Assembly: GCA_010093605.1 (NCBI GenBank)
Contig: MU004188.1
Location: 1,429,673-1,493,672 of the forward strand
Reading direction: 5' to 3'
DNA: 64,000 nt
Source of the DNA: Lophium mytilinum
Taxonomy: Eukaryota
The translations under genes and the position numbers were made by a program. The notes below the pieces were generated by a model. It was not told the DNA's origin. It worked only from the letters and a program-made list of their open reading frames with translations, and searched no databases. Positions 41,101 through 54,685 of the stretch are shown one piece after another (positions within the stretch are counted from its first letter, which is position 1; each line of letters opens with the position of its first letter).

Positions 41101-43197
41101 ATGTCGAGCAATGGAGCAGTCAAGGCCGTGTCTCGTGTCAGCACCAGGGCGAGACCAAGCTCATTCGGCGTGGTCGTTGATCGGGGAAGGGGGCCGTTCG
41201 GTCCAGCATGAGTCGCCGAGCGGGCAACGCCTAGCAGCCGACGGCTTCATACGGCTAGGGCTCTTCCGCAACAGCGGCGCCGGGAGGGATTCACGCTGCC
41301 AATCGGCGGATTGGTGGGTCGGGCCCAATTAGGGCTGCAGATAGAGATAGTCAGGAACCTGACAGGCTGGGGCTCCACGGTGGAGACGCCCCTCAGGCAC
41401 GACAGGCCAGCAATCTCCCAGCCTCTGCCTCCCATGTCACCGAGACGCCCTGGAAAAGGGGCGGCTTCCGAGTCCGCCGCCCATGGCCCAGCACAACGTG
41501 GCAGCCGGCGAGCCGTCTAGAGAGCTGCTTGTTTTGACCGCCTGCGACAGAGCACTCCGGGGCAACCGGCGCGCCCGACGATATCGCTGTGGACGAGTGT
41601 TGACAGTCGAGATGGTGTTTACGCGCGGCAGGCTGGCGTAGACGGCGCGGTGTTGAATTCTGGGGCGCGTTTGTGATGGAGTCGTGATTGCACAGCGAAA
41701 TGCAGCCACGCACACTGCACTCAGCCAGCACGCACAAACGCCGTCCCGAGCAGCAGGAAATTGGAGGCCGAAAGGGGCATCGGGGCAATAAAAGAAAGGA
41801 GGCGGCCCAATCGCGTGGTGAGACTTTTCGACGGCTGCTCCCACGCACGTTCTGAGCCAAGCGTACACGAACAGCCGCTTCCAAGGTTTCCACTCCCACT
41901 CGCGACGACGACGAGCTCAGCCTGCCACTCTGCATCAGAGACCAGAGTCCGTGCTGCGCGCAGCAATACCAGGCTTCTGCCACTCGCCAGTGCTCGCGAC
42001 AGCCATATCACACCCGTCACCTCCATGGCCCCGGCAGCAGCAGCAGAAGACCAGACGCCAAATCGCGCTCGCGCATGCGCCTGAGAGCCCGCCCGTCCAC
42101 CGCCAAAGACACGTCCATATCGCACACCTCACGCCTCACACCGCTCTGCCTGTGCGCGCTGCCCGTCCGCTGTTCTCCCCTCACCGCGCCAGACCGCTCT
42201 GCTGAGCCCTGCCGTCGTTACGGGTCCTAGGCTGGACTACTCGCCGGCCAAGCTGCCAGCACAGCGCGCAAACCCACCCGCGTCGACCTCCTTCACTGCT
42301 CCCCAACGACAACCACCACGCGGGAGCCTCCGCAACGCCCAAAACCGCTGCTGGGATCGCCGTCTGCAATATCATTTCTGCCAGCTTTGCGCCTGCGAGC
42401 CCTGCGTTGCCGCGCTTCCTCCCTAATCTCAACGGCCTGTGGCGCTAGCCCGTCTCACTCCCACCCGAGATTGGCGGCAGCGATTCATGCCCGCTGCTCG
42501 TCACTCGAAGCTCTCGAGACTTGCACGCTCCTCGCAGCATCAGTCGATCGCTCCCGCTGCTGTGTGCTCGACAACGACAGCTAGCTCCTGACTAGCATTT
42601 CTCCGCTGCGGCCCTTCACTTGTCACCGCCTCCACGCCGGCCGCAAGCTAGGCCCAGGGACCTCTTCCCCGACCTCCTTTTGCGCCTCACGCAGACCTTC
42701 ACCACGCACAGTCCGCTGCAATTCCCCTGCCTCACGCCCCTCGAGCTATGGTCAGGGCCTTATTCCTTTTGATCGATTAAGGTGGACCCCATTGCCGGAA
42801 CCTCATCCGCATACCGTGGTCCTGGACCGCTCCACGTTAGCCCGCAAGCCTTCTTCCCAGCCGTTGTCCCTCTTTTCTTCTACCCTCCCGCTGCTGCATC
42901 GACCCGGACCCTGTGAACCTCTTCCTATCTGGATCCCCGAACCACTCGATACGCTCTGAACCTCGACTCTTCACTCCTCACTCCCTAGCTCCTACACCTC
43001 ACCTCTTACCTTCACCTGCGCTGAAATGACCACGAGGAGATCATAGCACTCCCACATATTAACACTCAGAGGAGCAATACAGTAAGCACGTCGACCGCTT
43101 CAACATCCTGCCATACACTAACCAGCTTCATCAGCCTTGAGCACCTTGACCTATCCAGACAGCTAGGCCATTGGCAGTGTTGCACTGAACCGTCAAG

Positions 43198-45697
43198 ATG
43201 ATTGCATACGAGACCCAACACCGAGGCTGGTCGTCTCAGGGTTCTCAAGCCACCACATCCTTGGACGACAAGTTCGAGGTCATCAAAGACATTGGCGATG
43301 GCAGCTTTGGAAGCGTCGCACTCGCACGCGTACGAGGCGCTGGCGCTCACATTGCACGACGGGGCACTTTGGTATGTTGATTTTCAGACTTCCGATTGAT
43401 GAAAGCGTGTGATTGACGCGTCACAGGTCGCGATAAAGACGATGAAGAAGTCGTTCGACTCTTTCGCGCACTGCCTAGAACTGCGGGAGGTCATCTTCCT
43501 GCGGACACTACCTAACCACCCTCATCTCGTGCCTGCTCTCGACATCTTCCTGGACCCCTACAGCAGGCGGCTCCACATCGCCATGGAGTACATGGATGGA
43601 AATTTGTATCAGCTAATGAAGGCAAGAGACCACAAGCCGTTGGATCAACATAGTGTGAAGAGCATTCTATTTCAAATCATATCCGGTCTCGAGCACATCC
43701 ATCAACACGAGTTCTTCCATCGCGATATCAAGCCAGAAAATATCTTAGTATCCACATCAGCACCGACGGACTCAGGTAGCGCGTTCCGCCGGTACTCAGC
43801 ATTAGTTACTCCGCCATCGACACCGCCAGCCTACACAATCAAGATAGCGGATTTCGGATTAGCACGTGAAACACACTCGAAATTGCCCTACACGACATAC
43901 GTTTCAACGCGATGGTACCGAGCGCCCGAAGTCTTGCTTCGCGCAGGCGAATATTCGGCTCCAGTCGATATTTGGGCGATAGGTGCAATGGCTGTTGAGA
44001 TCGCGACGCTGAAGCCACTCTTCCCGGGCGGAAACGAAGTCGACCAGGTTTGGCGCGTGTGCGAGATCATGGGAAGCCCTGGAAGCTGGGTTAACAAGCA
44101 AGGCGTGCGCGTCGGAGGAGGCGACTGGAAGGATGGTGTCAGACTGGCACAGAAGCTGGGGTTCTCATTCCCAAAGGTGCGGTTTTCGATTCCAGCAGTT
44201 TGAACGTCACTAACACGGTTATAGATGGCGCCACACTCGATGGACACGATTCTTCAAGCGCCACAATGGCCAGCCAGCCTTGCCAACTTCGTCACTTGGT
44301 GTCTTATGTGGGACCCTCGGAGCAGGCCAACTTCATCGCAGGCCTTGGGCCACGAGTACTTTGCTGATGCCTTCGATCCTATGAGGCCAAAGTCGTCAGC
44401 GTCCAGACTTCTCGGTCGCAAGCAGTCGGATCTCAGCGGGCATACGTTGAATTCACCGGACTCGACACCCAGCCTTACGACAAAGACATCGTCTTGGTTC
44501 AGACGGTCGCTTGTCGCACGAGAAAGCGCCCCAGCCGTTCCTCAGCACACCTCGACCAAGCCTGTGTCACCTCACCCTTCACCTGTGCAGGCCGTCACAG
44601 TGGAGCCGGCCGCATCGAGTAAGCCCCGCCCCAATGTAACCAAGCGAGCCACGTGGACGAACGGTGTACCTTCGAATGCAGCACCAATTCCAATATTGCC
44701 TTCCATCAGACCCGTCTCGCCACTGTCCGATACAGTGACTGCCCGAGCTAGTGTACGACCAGTCGATGGCGAAGAGAAAGCTGCAAAGAAGATTGGTCGT
44801 CAATTATCCGTCGCGTCGCACGGCAACCACTATGCAGACCTTCACCGCCAAGAAGCGGAGAGGGCACTGAATGGCCAATCCGGTCTTGCATCGCCTCCCA
44901 ATGGCCAGAAAGAGGGTTTCTTTTCACACCTACGGAAGCGGGCTCGCCGCCTGTCTGGTCGATACCAGGCTCCAATGTCGCCCAATTCGGATGACATTGA
45001 AGCTAACGCAGGATGTGCTCCGTGGTCGACGACAAGCGCTCGTGGGTCGATGGCTGTCGATCCTATATCGCCAAATTCACCTTCGCACCCGGACTATGCC
45101 GACTTGGATAAGGCTCTGCAAAATGTGAGATACAGTCTCGATGCCGCGTCACATGGGACTAACACTTCAAAGACATCTTCACGAGTTGCTGGCAATCCAG
45201 GCATCAAGCGACATCACTCATTGCCGCATGGCCAGGAGACGCGATCTTCGGAGAACGCTCCAGGTGGCCCAATTTCCAGCCGCACCAGGCGAGCGCTTCA
45301 GAAACAGTCGAACCCATCAAACCGTTATGAAACACCCAACGAAGAGGAAGAGCTTCTGGACGAAGAGCTCAATTCCACAGCAAAAGCCACTCGCCGGTTA
45401 GCAGGTTCTGAAAAGGCGACTACCTCAATTCAAGGGCCGCGACCTCAAGTGGGTCAATCGTCGAGCGACATGGGTCCGTCGGCTTCATACCTCACTCCAT
45501 CGCCATCCGCAAATCGGGATGGAGTCAACTTTGGTCAAGGCCAGTACGAAACGCCTTCCAAACCCATGCAAATCAACAGAGCCCATCCCGCCAAGGAGGA
45601 AGTAAACTCGAAGTGGCCGACACCGCCGTATGACGAGAATGACTGGGCTGCCTCCGCCACCGCAAGCATCTTTAATACGCAGGCCATGTACCGGTAA
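43198..45697 (+). CDS. IME2: Ime2/MAK-family Ser/Thr protein kinase (ImeB/Crk1-like)
   Basis: Exons 43198-43371, 43427-44176, 44225-45697. Motifs GDGSFGSV, VAIKTMKK, HRDIKPEN, DFG, and activation loop PYTTYVSTRWYRAPE (TxY). Long low-complexity C-terminal tail. Confidence 0.95.
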
Positions 45698-48294
45698 TAG
45701 TCGACCGTTACAACCTGCCAGCGCTTTCGATTCAACATTTACTTGCGTATCTTACAACCATACTACTAGTGTAATACGATTCCATATCTCGGGCGGCTTT
45801 CCAATCATTTCCATACCAGCCTGCCAGTTCAGCGCCCACCGCCAGCCATCACGTTGACGTGGCACGCACGAACGGGCCCGTCAGGTACGGACTCTCGATT
45901 CTATTATCTTGAGGAGGATGCAAAGAGGAGTGCACGAATCACAAAAATACGAAGGGGCAGGCCGCATTTTGGATGGTGTTTTGGGCGTTTTACATAAATC
46001 CCTCGATCAACGCTGCGGGTGGGAAAGCGGATCGGGGGTAAACTTTTCAAAGTCTTTCGCTACTGCTAACACTTTTTCCTCATCTGCATAATACCTTCTC
46101 CCCACACTATTACCCTTCTTCTGTATCTGCGGGAATAGCAAAGCCAGCGACCAGCGACACTCTACCATAGAGTTTCACCCTTTCCTTGTGTTGTGCGTTT
46201 TGTTTTCTGAACTTGAAATTACTTTTGGCGGCATAGTTGTCATTGCATGCAGGTGTCGGCAAAGGAATATCGGGATTCCTCGGGTTGCGAATTTGTGTCT
46301 TTTTCTGCTTCATACCCCCTCATCCCACAGACTATTCTCGAGTCATTGGGCGCCCATAGTTTTTATCCTTTTCTCTCCTCTGAGACTGGCAAGAAATTGC
46401 CTCGTGTAACAAATACCAAATTCCATCGTCCAACACCCCGCCACCGTTTTCCTTGTTGTACTTGTTTTCGGAGACTTTTAGAGATACCTAGAGAGCGCTG
46501 CTTTTTTTGTTGTTCACACATCAAATTTGCCCTTTTTTCCTTTGTTGTCTGTCGGATTGTAAAATGAACTCTTGTCACATTACCTTTTCCGTTTAGGGGT
46601 TTTCGGAGTAAGACCAAACGCGTCTAGGTCTGGTTTCGTCGGAGGGAGTCTCGTCTGTGTCTGTGCGTAGAAGAGGAGGGGGAGGTCTCGGGATGACCTG
46701 GCGCGTTAGTGGTGTATGTTTCGTAGCAATCTAATGGCCGAAGAATGAGCTCGGCAAATAGCCGGGCTTTAAGACTCTCAATCCCATCACACTCGCGTTC
46801 TTAGTGCAGAAAAGAAGCCCTCTGTGATTGCGAAGACGTCCAGTGGCCAATACTCAATATTCAATATCAAAATAAAAACACCCACCACTCATACCCATCC
46901 ATCCACCCAACCCCAGCGCTTTAGATATCTCCACGACGACGACTCTTACCCCACAGCCTTCGTCGCCCAATCCCTCGACGCACGCGTTCCCTCTCTAATG
47001 CACCCCAGCCCACTCCATACACGTCGTCGGCCGATTGGCCTCTGGCGTGATGGCAGCGTGGTCAAAGCGGTCCAATGGGCCTTCGCTGCTCGGGATATCC
47101 CATCCACTCACCGCGTAGACGCTGTCTCTGCGTCTCTGCTTCGCGGAGAGCGGCTGCGAGGCGGCTGCAGCGTACACTGGAAGCAGACATGCCGATGCAC
47201 GCGCGTCTGTGGGGAAGACTGTGCTGGGTCAATCGGAGCAGTTGGATAGAGGAGAGTTGATGGCTGTGGGGTTTGCATGCGGGGAAAACGGGACGGAGGC
47301 GATGGGGGGGAGGTGTGGGCGATGTGGGTGCTTGCCGCTGTATTCAACGCTCTGGGGGTGGGGAGGAGATGTAGGTGGGGAGGGGGGGAATGAGGTGGTG
47401 AGGGTCTGGGTTGGGCTGGGGGGCCATGTTGCTTATAGCTTAGAGGGGACGGTGTTGTGACAGTGGTAGCTTTCGAAGATACGGGTCTTGTTATAATGAG
47501 GGTAGTGTGCTAGTCTAGGATGCCCGTAAGTAAGGTGGTATATACTGAAGAAGTATGTGGTCACGTGGTAGGTTCGAATACGGTAGAGTCTCATTGTTGG
47601 ATATTTTGCACTCTTTTGGGGTTTTATAGGACATCTCGAGTGTGTTGCTAGACCTTGGATTATGTAGGTTCTTCATCGGTATTGGTATATAGCTGCTTTG
47701 GTAGCTAGATTACTATCGTACTAAAATAACGTTAGCTTGCTAATACGCCTACAGTAACAAGCCAGAAGTCTATACATACTCGTTTACCATTCCTTGGGGT
47801 ACCCTAAGAAGGGTTCACACGCCTACGCGCGATGTCAAGTTCCAGGCACTGCAAATTAGAGTCCATCTTGACGCACTGTCTACCAACTAGCTGGGCTACT
47901 CTTCGCGGTGGTGTCATGTGAGCAAGATTGAAGTCGAATAGTAACAATTTCGCGTGCCCAGACTTATATCTACTATAAAGCTATGTTTTATACCTTTAAA
48001 GAGAAGAACTGACTGAAGATGGAAATGTGATCATACAGCTTTAGTAATGATAGTAAAATAGAAGGCATGAGATAACCATCTCGACATGCTTCTAATTTCC
48101 TTTCTAACCCATAATCAAAAACCCTGCGTTGTATTCGAAACCGCTAAGCGCGTACCACGTATCGCTATGTTGCTTATCCCATTGTACAGCTCGTGCTATC
48201 GTACATGCCATCGCCCATATCATCCCTACCATAATGATATCTACCACTTTTCATATGCACAAGGCGCACCTTGCTCCATGTTGGATATGGCCTT

Positions 48295-49281
48295 CTAGGC
48301 GTCATCTCCGTCCGTGGCGTCTTGTCCCGGGTTGGCTTGTTCGTAGTTGAAGTACTTCACAAATCTATAGTAGCCAGCAGCCACAGCGCCACCAAGAAGC
48401 GGTCCCACCCAGTAGATCCAGTGATAGCCCGGGAATTGTGTAGCCGCGACAGCGGGACCGAAACTACGGGCTGGATTCAGAGAGCCACCGGTATAGTAGA
48501 CGCCTACAGTCAAGTCAGCTTCGGCTCTCAAACACGAATATCCCAGGAAAGGAGAGGCGACGTACCGCCCATCATAGCAACAAAAAGCGCGAGTCCAACC
48601 CCTACCGGTGCGATGAACGTGTCTTTGCTCTTCTCGACGGCGAGCATCAGCACCACGAAGACCAGCTCGGCCGTCATGAACATCTCGATGAAGACGCCGG
48701 ATGCGATGCTTACTCCCGGCGCGAGCGTGGTATTGGTGCTGGCGATGTCGCCGGGGAACATGCAGGACACGAGACCGCCGGCACACATCGCGGCGATGAT
48801 TTGGGCGGGGAAGAGAATCAGCCCGCGGATGGGTGGGAGAGCGCCTGCGAGAACCATGCCGAACGTAACCTTTAAAATTTATCAGCGCTCAGTACTTTTG
48901 CAGGATGATCAGGTTCCAGCTTGACGCCGGACGGATGCGAGGAGTGCGTACTGCAGGATTGAACAGCCCGCCACTGATTCGGTAAAAGGCCCAGACATTG
49001 ACTAGTAAGCTGAAGCCGTAGACTAAGGCTGTGAAGATGTTCTGCTGGCTGCTTGGTCCACCGTTGGCTAGTGATTTCTCGCTCGCCTGTGTGGTGAGCA
49101 TGATCTGGCATGCAAAGGAGAAGTACAGGAACATAAATGTCCCTACGAACTCCCCCGAGGCGGCGACCAGATGCGCCTGGAGGGTGCTGAGCTCGGGAGG
49201 TGATCGCCTACTGCGGCGTTGGTCGCTTGCGTGGCCATTTCGCTGATGTTTTGGTTCGCGATGGACGGGTAGGCGCGCCAT
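48295..49281 (-). CDS. Aquaporin (MIP family, orthodox type; 280 aa)
   Basis: Exons 49281-48952, 48869-48566, 48503-48295. [10 protein letters not shown], two NPA boxes ([22 protein letters not shown]), HWIYWVGP. Confidence 0.95.
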
Positions 49282-50345
49282 TGTTCTTGGGTGGATGAAC
49301 CGGAGGCAGAGAAAGGTATGCTTTTGTGTTGATAAATCTTACAAATGGAAAGGGTAGGATGGGAAGATGGTGAGATAGATCAAGCTAGCGACAGAGAGAA
49401 GTTCAGAAAGGCACTATCTTTGCTTTGAAACGTGCATCTTGCACATGCAAGGCATCTCTGCAAGGCCCATATGCACACTGACAACATGGCTGAAAGTAGT
49501 GCTTCTTAGCGCAGCCTGTGGTAATCTCAACAGATAGAAAATGACAGATGGATGATGACGGAAAGGGAGTGGTGTGGAACGACTTGTTAGCGCCCGCTGT
49601 CATGCAGTGTGACGATCCCGCGGAGCATCAGTTCTAGGCCGTTCTAACTAAACCATGATCGCTCAGGAGACCCTTGTACCCTATATGTATGAACGATTCA
49701 ACGTCGATAGGTGTTGCAGCTAAAGGATACGCCCGCCGTGGGCATCGTTCGTCGTTGAAAGAGCGCGGCCTAGAGACAATTTAGACGTGGTGAAAGATAT
49801 TGATGGGTTTGGGTTTCGGATTTGAGAAGTCTGGCGTCGGAGTGATGATTGGTGATTTGCAGAATCCAAGTGGTCGATCAACAAGGTTGAAATATCTTTC
49901 TCGACCTTCCTAGCAAACCTTCTTCGACGCGAACCACTAATTGTATATCATAGGCGGCTATCCGAGTATTACGTGCATTCTCGAAGGCTGTAAAGACTTG
50001 ACGACCATATGTCTCCCGTGTTGCGGGGTCAGAGGGACAATTGACCAATGAGTCTGCCACTATTGTTCAACAACCCCTAAAGCTTACCCAAAGGCTTTAT
50101 TCGCGTCATGAAAAGAGCAACCTCGTGACTGCCAACTGCTAGGTGCTGGCGGCCCAGGTGTATGGGGGAATACCGTCCCAAGGCACCCAACCACATACTC
50201 ATTCACAGTGCCACTGTAGTACTAGCTAGGTCATCATAATCGTCATATTAAAGTCACGCGCAGTTGGTAGTACGCCTGTCTACCAGCTACTTTGAACTAT
50301 AAGAATATCAAGGTCGCACGTCTTCTCACTTCACCCCTCACCATC

Positions 50346-51101
50346 ATGCTCTTCTCCCGCACCCTCACGTCAAGCACGCTCAGAGCCGCGTGCCAGCCTC
50401 TCCAGTCGCGTCTCTCACTCAACCACCAATCTGCCTACCTTCGCACAAGCGTTGCAGCCATGTCTACCATCACCGCTGCCATCACAGAAGACCACAACGA
50501 GCTCAAACAGTACTACAACGAAGTAGTCAACTCGTCAGACCCCGACCATCAGCAACGCTACGGCAACCAATTCACCTGGGAGCTAGCCCGCCACTCCGTC
50601 GCCGAAGAACTCATCGTCTATCCCGCTTTCGAGAAATACATAACCACAAACGGCAAGGCGATGGCCGAGAAAGATCGCAAAGAGCACCACGAGGCAACCG
50701 CGCCCCCATTCAGACATCCCCAGAATCCTCCACGCTAACCTCACCAGACGAAACTGCTGCTCAAGGACTTCCAAAACATGAGCTCCACACACGCCGACTA
50801 CGTTCCCAAGCTTAAAGAACTCATGGCAGGTCTGAAACAGCATATGGAAGAAGAGGAAAAGGACGACCTTCCCGCACTGGAGGAAGCCCTCGCTCAGCAA
50901 GACGCTGGGGTCTCCGAGTCGCTGGCGACGAGCTTTGGTCGGACTAAAGCGTTTGTCCCGTCGCGCAGCCACCCAAGCGCTGGCGAACATCCGCCCTTTG
51001 AGACGGCTATGGGCTTGCTGGCTGCGCCTATTGATCATATCGCTGATCTCTTCCGGAAGTTCCCAGATAAGGTCGTTTCGCCGAATCCCTCTACGAAGTA
51101 A
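50346..51101 (+). CDS. Hemerythrin/HHE cation-binding domain protein
   Basis: Exons 50346-50693 and 50748-51101, with an alternative start at 50460. Motifs DHNEL, ARHSVAEELIVYP, EHHE, HMEEEEKDDLP, PSRSHPSA. The intron is inferred as GC-AG. Confidence 0.88.
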
Positions 51102-51645
51102 TGCGGTTCAGCAGCTGGGGGAGGGTCAAATATGAGATGATGAGGTGAGGAGAGGTCTATGCGAGGGTCGGACTTCTGGGCTGGAGTTAAGGTATGCGAT
51201 ACTGGGGGAGTCTTTGCAAATTCTATCTTAGCCACAAAATGCATATCTGAAGGCAGGAAAAGTCATAGCCTACAGGCTTCGTTTGGTGCTTTATGCCCTC
51301 TTCACTCACCAGTGACAGTTTAATCAACGTAACGATGCCAAGAGAGTAGGGTCTAACATACCGGAATCCATCCCATTAAGAGCTACTCCGAGTGTTCGTG
51401 TCATACGTCACATCGAAAGTAAACAGTGGGACTTGCAGATTTTGCCCGTCTTACATTCCTCATGACTACATGCTCCTTCTATGAAGCCTCTTGTGCAATG
51501 TGGAGATGCACATGTGAGATTGTCGCACCTCATCTCTACAAGCTCATGCCTGTACCCGCATTTCAAGCAGACAAAACACCACCAATGCTCTCTTCACTTT
51601 CGTGAAGCCTCTATCTTTCTCTGAACCCTAATCCTCTCATCAAGT

Positions 51646-53967
51646 CTACACATACGCCCGATCAACCCAACTCTGGATCATACCCTCCGCAGTAGATTCA
51701 TACTCCTTCAATGTCGCGCCCTCACCCTCAACCACCGTATTCGCCTGGACAAACACCTTCCGCGGCGTCTTCGCCGCCAACACCGCCGGCCTCACCTTAT
51801 TCCTATAGAACGGCTCCACGCCCGTGATCTCCTCATACAACCGCGTCCCCCGTTCCACATCCGCCGTCGCCTTGTACACATGCAGCTGCTGCAGATACCG
51901 TTCCACCGCCGGGCGTCCATGGCTCAGGATCTTACTGCGCTCGAGGCGGATCGTGAGATCAGACAGATCGTCCTTTGTGTACTCGAGCTCGCAGAACTCA
52001 ACACCGGCATTGAGAAAAGTTCGCAGGATAGAAAATCGCGCTTGCATGTGCGCCTGGCCCCATTTCGCGCTCTTGGGGTCCCAGAACTCGAGAGCGGCGA
52101 TACCAGCGCGCGCCATGGAGAGGTAGGCAGCGTATAGGATGTCGCCAGCGGGGCCGTCGATGTCCTCGGTACCGTCGCCGAAGCCGAAGATCTTGAGGAT
52201 GGAGAAGTCGCAGCTTAGGGCCATTGCGACGCACTCGGCGCGGCATTCCTCGTATGAGGCGGCGATGGGGCCGAAGACGGAGCCCCAGGTTTGCCCGGGC
52301 TTGTACCAGGAATTTATGGGCTGGCCGTCCAGGGGGCTCGTGGGAGGCGAGGATTTGTCGAAGTTGAAGACTCCCGGGGAGGTTTCTTGGAGAAGTTTTC
52401 CACAGCCGTGACCGAGGAGCTCGTGGAGACCAACTTGGACTTCGAACGCCGGGTCACGGCAGCGGTTGTAGACATCTATATCCGAAGCTTTTATGAACGG
52501 AATGGATTCATTCGGGGATTTCGCTGATAAAACGTTGCCTAAGGAGACATTCTTGAAGCCAATATTCTGTAGAAAGTGAGAAGGTACAGATTAGCTTCGG
52601 GCAGCTCTAGCGGCTCGGTCAAGGTAACTCACTTGTCGGATGTCGTCGTAATTCGGAATGTTTATACCTGCGGGAATTCTAGATTGAGAGTTAGTTGTTG
52701 GAGATCGGTTTGGAGAAATGATAGGCCTACCCGCTTCCGGCGAAAGTTAGAACCTCCAAGGAGGTGAAGTCAGGGCTGAGGAACTTGTCTTTCTCGAAGT
52801 CCTTTCCCCATGGTAGCAGTGGAATAAGACTCGGGGCTGTTTCAACGAGCTTTCCGAAAGCCGCCGTCCGCTCCTTGTTTACCATTGCCACAAACCCTTC
52901 CCACTCACCGCGAATGCCATGGGGGTCGCGGTATGTCTCGACGAAGCCAATATCCGTCTCCACTGCGGGCCCAATGTCCTTAATCCAATACCTCTGGCTC
53001 TCCTTATAGGCCTCCAATGATCCAGACGCAAAAGACTTGACATACTCCTTCATCATCCCCCTCTCTGTATCATTCGCAGCATACTCCCCCGCTTTCTTCA
53101 GCGCATCCGCAATTTTCCCCATCTCAACCGCATGATCCCCAAACGCAAGCGTCACCTTCTTCCCCGCCAACTTCCCATCCAGCGTCCACTCGGTCTCTTT
53201 CAAATCCCTCTCTTCCGCACTTGGATCTTTGCTCGCCGACGCAATCAGCACCTCAAACCCTTCCCCCGTCTTCCTCAACCTCGTATTTTCAGGCAACAGT
53301 TTCTTCGCTTCCAGGAAATCACTGACCGCCGCAATCTCCTCCTTCGTAATATCCCCCGAATCTGGATAATACGTGCTCACATGCCCCGCATCTGGGTACC
53401 CCAAATGCATCTCCCCCGGCGTATTGCCCTCATACAACCTCCCCTGAACCTTCCCCCATAACTCCTTCGTCGTCGGCGAAACAGAAGCCAACGCGTGGAA
53501 CTTCTCAGGCGAGATGCGCGGAATGAATTTCGCGTCGCCAAACGACTTGTAATTGCCCAGATTCCCTAAAAATTGCGCCGTGTAGCCCAAGAACGCGGCG
53601 AGGTCGTCGTCAGACAGCCCGGCGGTCGCCTGCAGCGCTTTCCAGTCGCCGGATGCATGTTTGTGTAGCGCGATGATGAGGTCGTAGAGGGGTTCGGAAT
53701 CGGGGGAGACTTGGCGGAGGACGATGCGGGTGCCCGCGAAGCAAGCTCTAGAGCGGGTGTTAGCAGCGGGCGCCTACAGAGGGGATGTGATGGGAGCTTC
53801 TTGGGAGAAAGAGGGTGGCAGAGAGGCGAGAGGGTTCCATACACCGAGATCCAGTGCGCATACAGCTTCTCCTTGTCGGTCAGGGCCTCAAAGTGGGGTT
53901 TGATTTGCAAAGGCACGATCGTAGGCGGGCTGTCGGCCAGGTACTGTTTGAGGGATTGGGCGTCCAT
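51646..53967 (-). CDS. DPP3: Dipeptidyl peptidase III (peptidase family M49)
   Basis: Exons 53967-53843, 53747-52731, 52678-52633, 52566-51646. Motifs GNYKSFGD.KF, GFVETYRDP.G.RGEWEGFVA, GIPAGINIPNYDDIRQ, HELLGH, EECRAE. Confidence 0.96.
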
Positions 53968-54685
53968 TGTACTTGTAGTACTCCTCTGAGAGGCGTTTTG
54001 GGTCGAACTTTGGGTGAGAAAGCTTGACGGAGGTTGTTGCTCGGGTGGTGTCTGGAGGAGTGGGCGTTGTGGAGGTAATGGGAGTAAGAAGGGTGGAAGT
54101 GGTGTATGTGTTTGAGGTCGAGGGTCGATCGCGGGGAACGACGTGGGGGGGTAGCATGGAGGGGGCCGAGCTCCATTCGAAAACGACCATTTGCACCATA
54201 CTATCTTCTTTCACCAACAAAAGTCTTCTGTGAGTGGATGTTGCTTGGAGTTGAACGATAGGCTTATTATGATATCGTCTTAAGCACGGCGGTCTAACAT
54301 CCATTATATATTGGGAGCTCCATCACAACTGTTAGTATTGTTCTCGTTCACCTTTGTGCTGCCTAGCCTCACCTTTCTTGACCGGAAACCTCTTCTAATT
54401 GACCGGCAATATATTCCGCATCACCGGTCGTGATACTCTCTGGCCTTGTCTCCTTATTCCCTTCGCCTCACCGTTCCTTGTACTCCATCTGATGCCTAAT
54501 TTCCTAATGTCCAGCCCTGTCTGCCCTGTTGGGCCTCCAGAACCTTGCAACCCTAAACGCTACCTAAATCGTACCCTTGTAGGTTACCATGGTCACTTAT
54601 GTACAACGACAGCTCCTGTGTGATACTGGGCCGGTAACACTTAATTAGCTAGACAGTAGTTATCTGGTAGCATCCAAGCACGCTC

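Noticed and set aside
38958..42584. Numerous 60-210 aa ORFs upstream of ime2
   Set aside because: Mutually overlapping, often non-ATG starts, R/S/A-rich, with no motifs or consistent splice structure.
47500..47590. ggttcgaat T-loop/B-box-like motif suggesting a tRNA
   Set aside because: The flanks (gtagg / acggt) cannot form a T-stem and I could not build a cloverleaf.
36255..53967. Metal/oxygen-themed gene cluster (NAR1, hemerythrin, DPP3, aquaporin)
   Set aside because: The genes are interspersed with unrelated ones, and I see no shared regulatory motif or pathway logic. This looks like ordinary housekeeping gene order.
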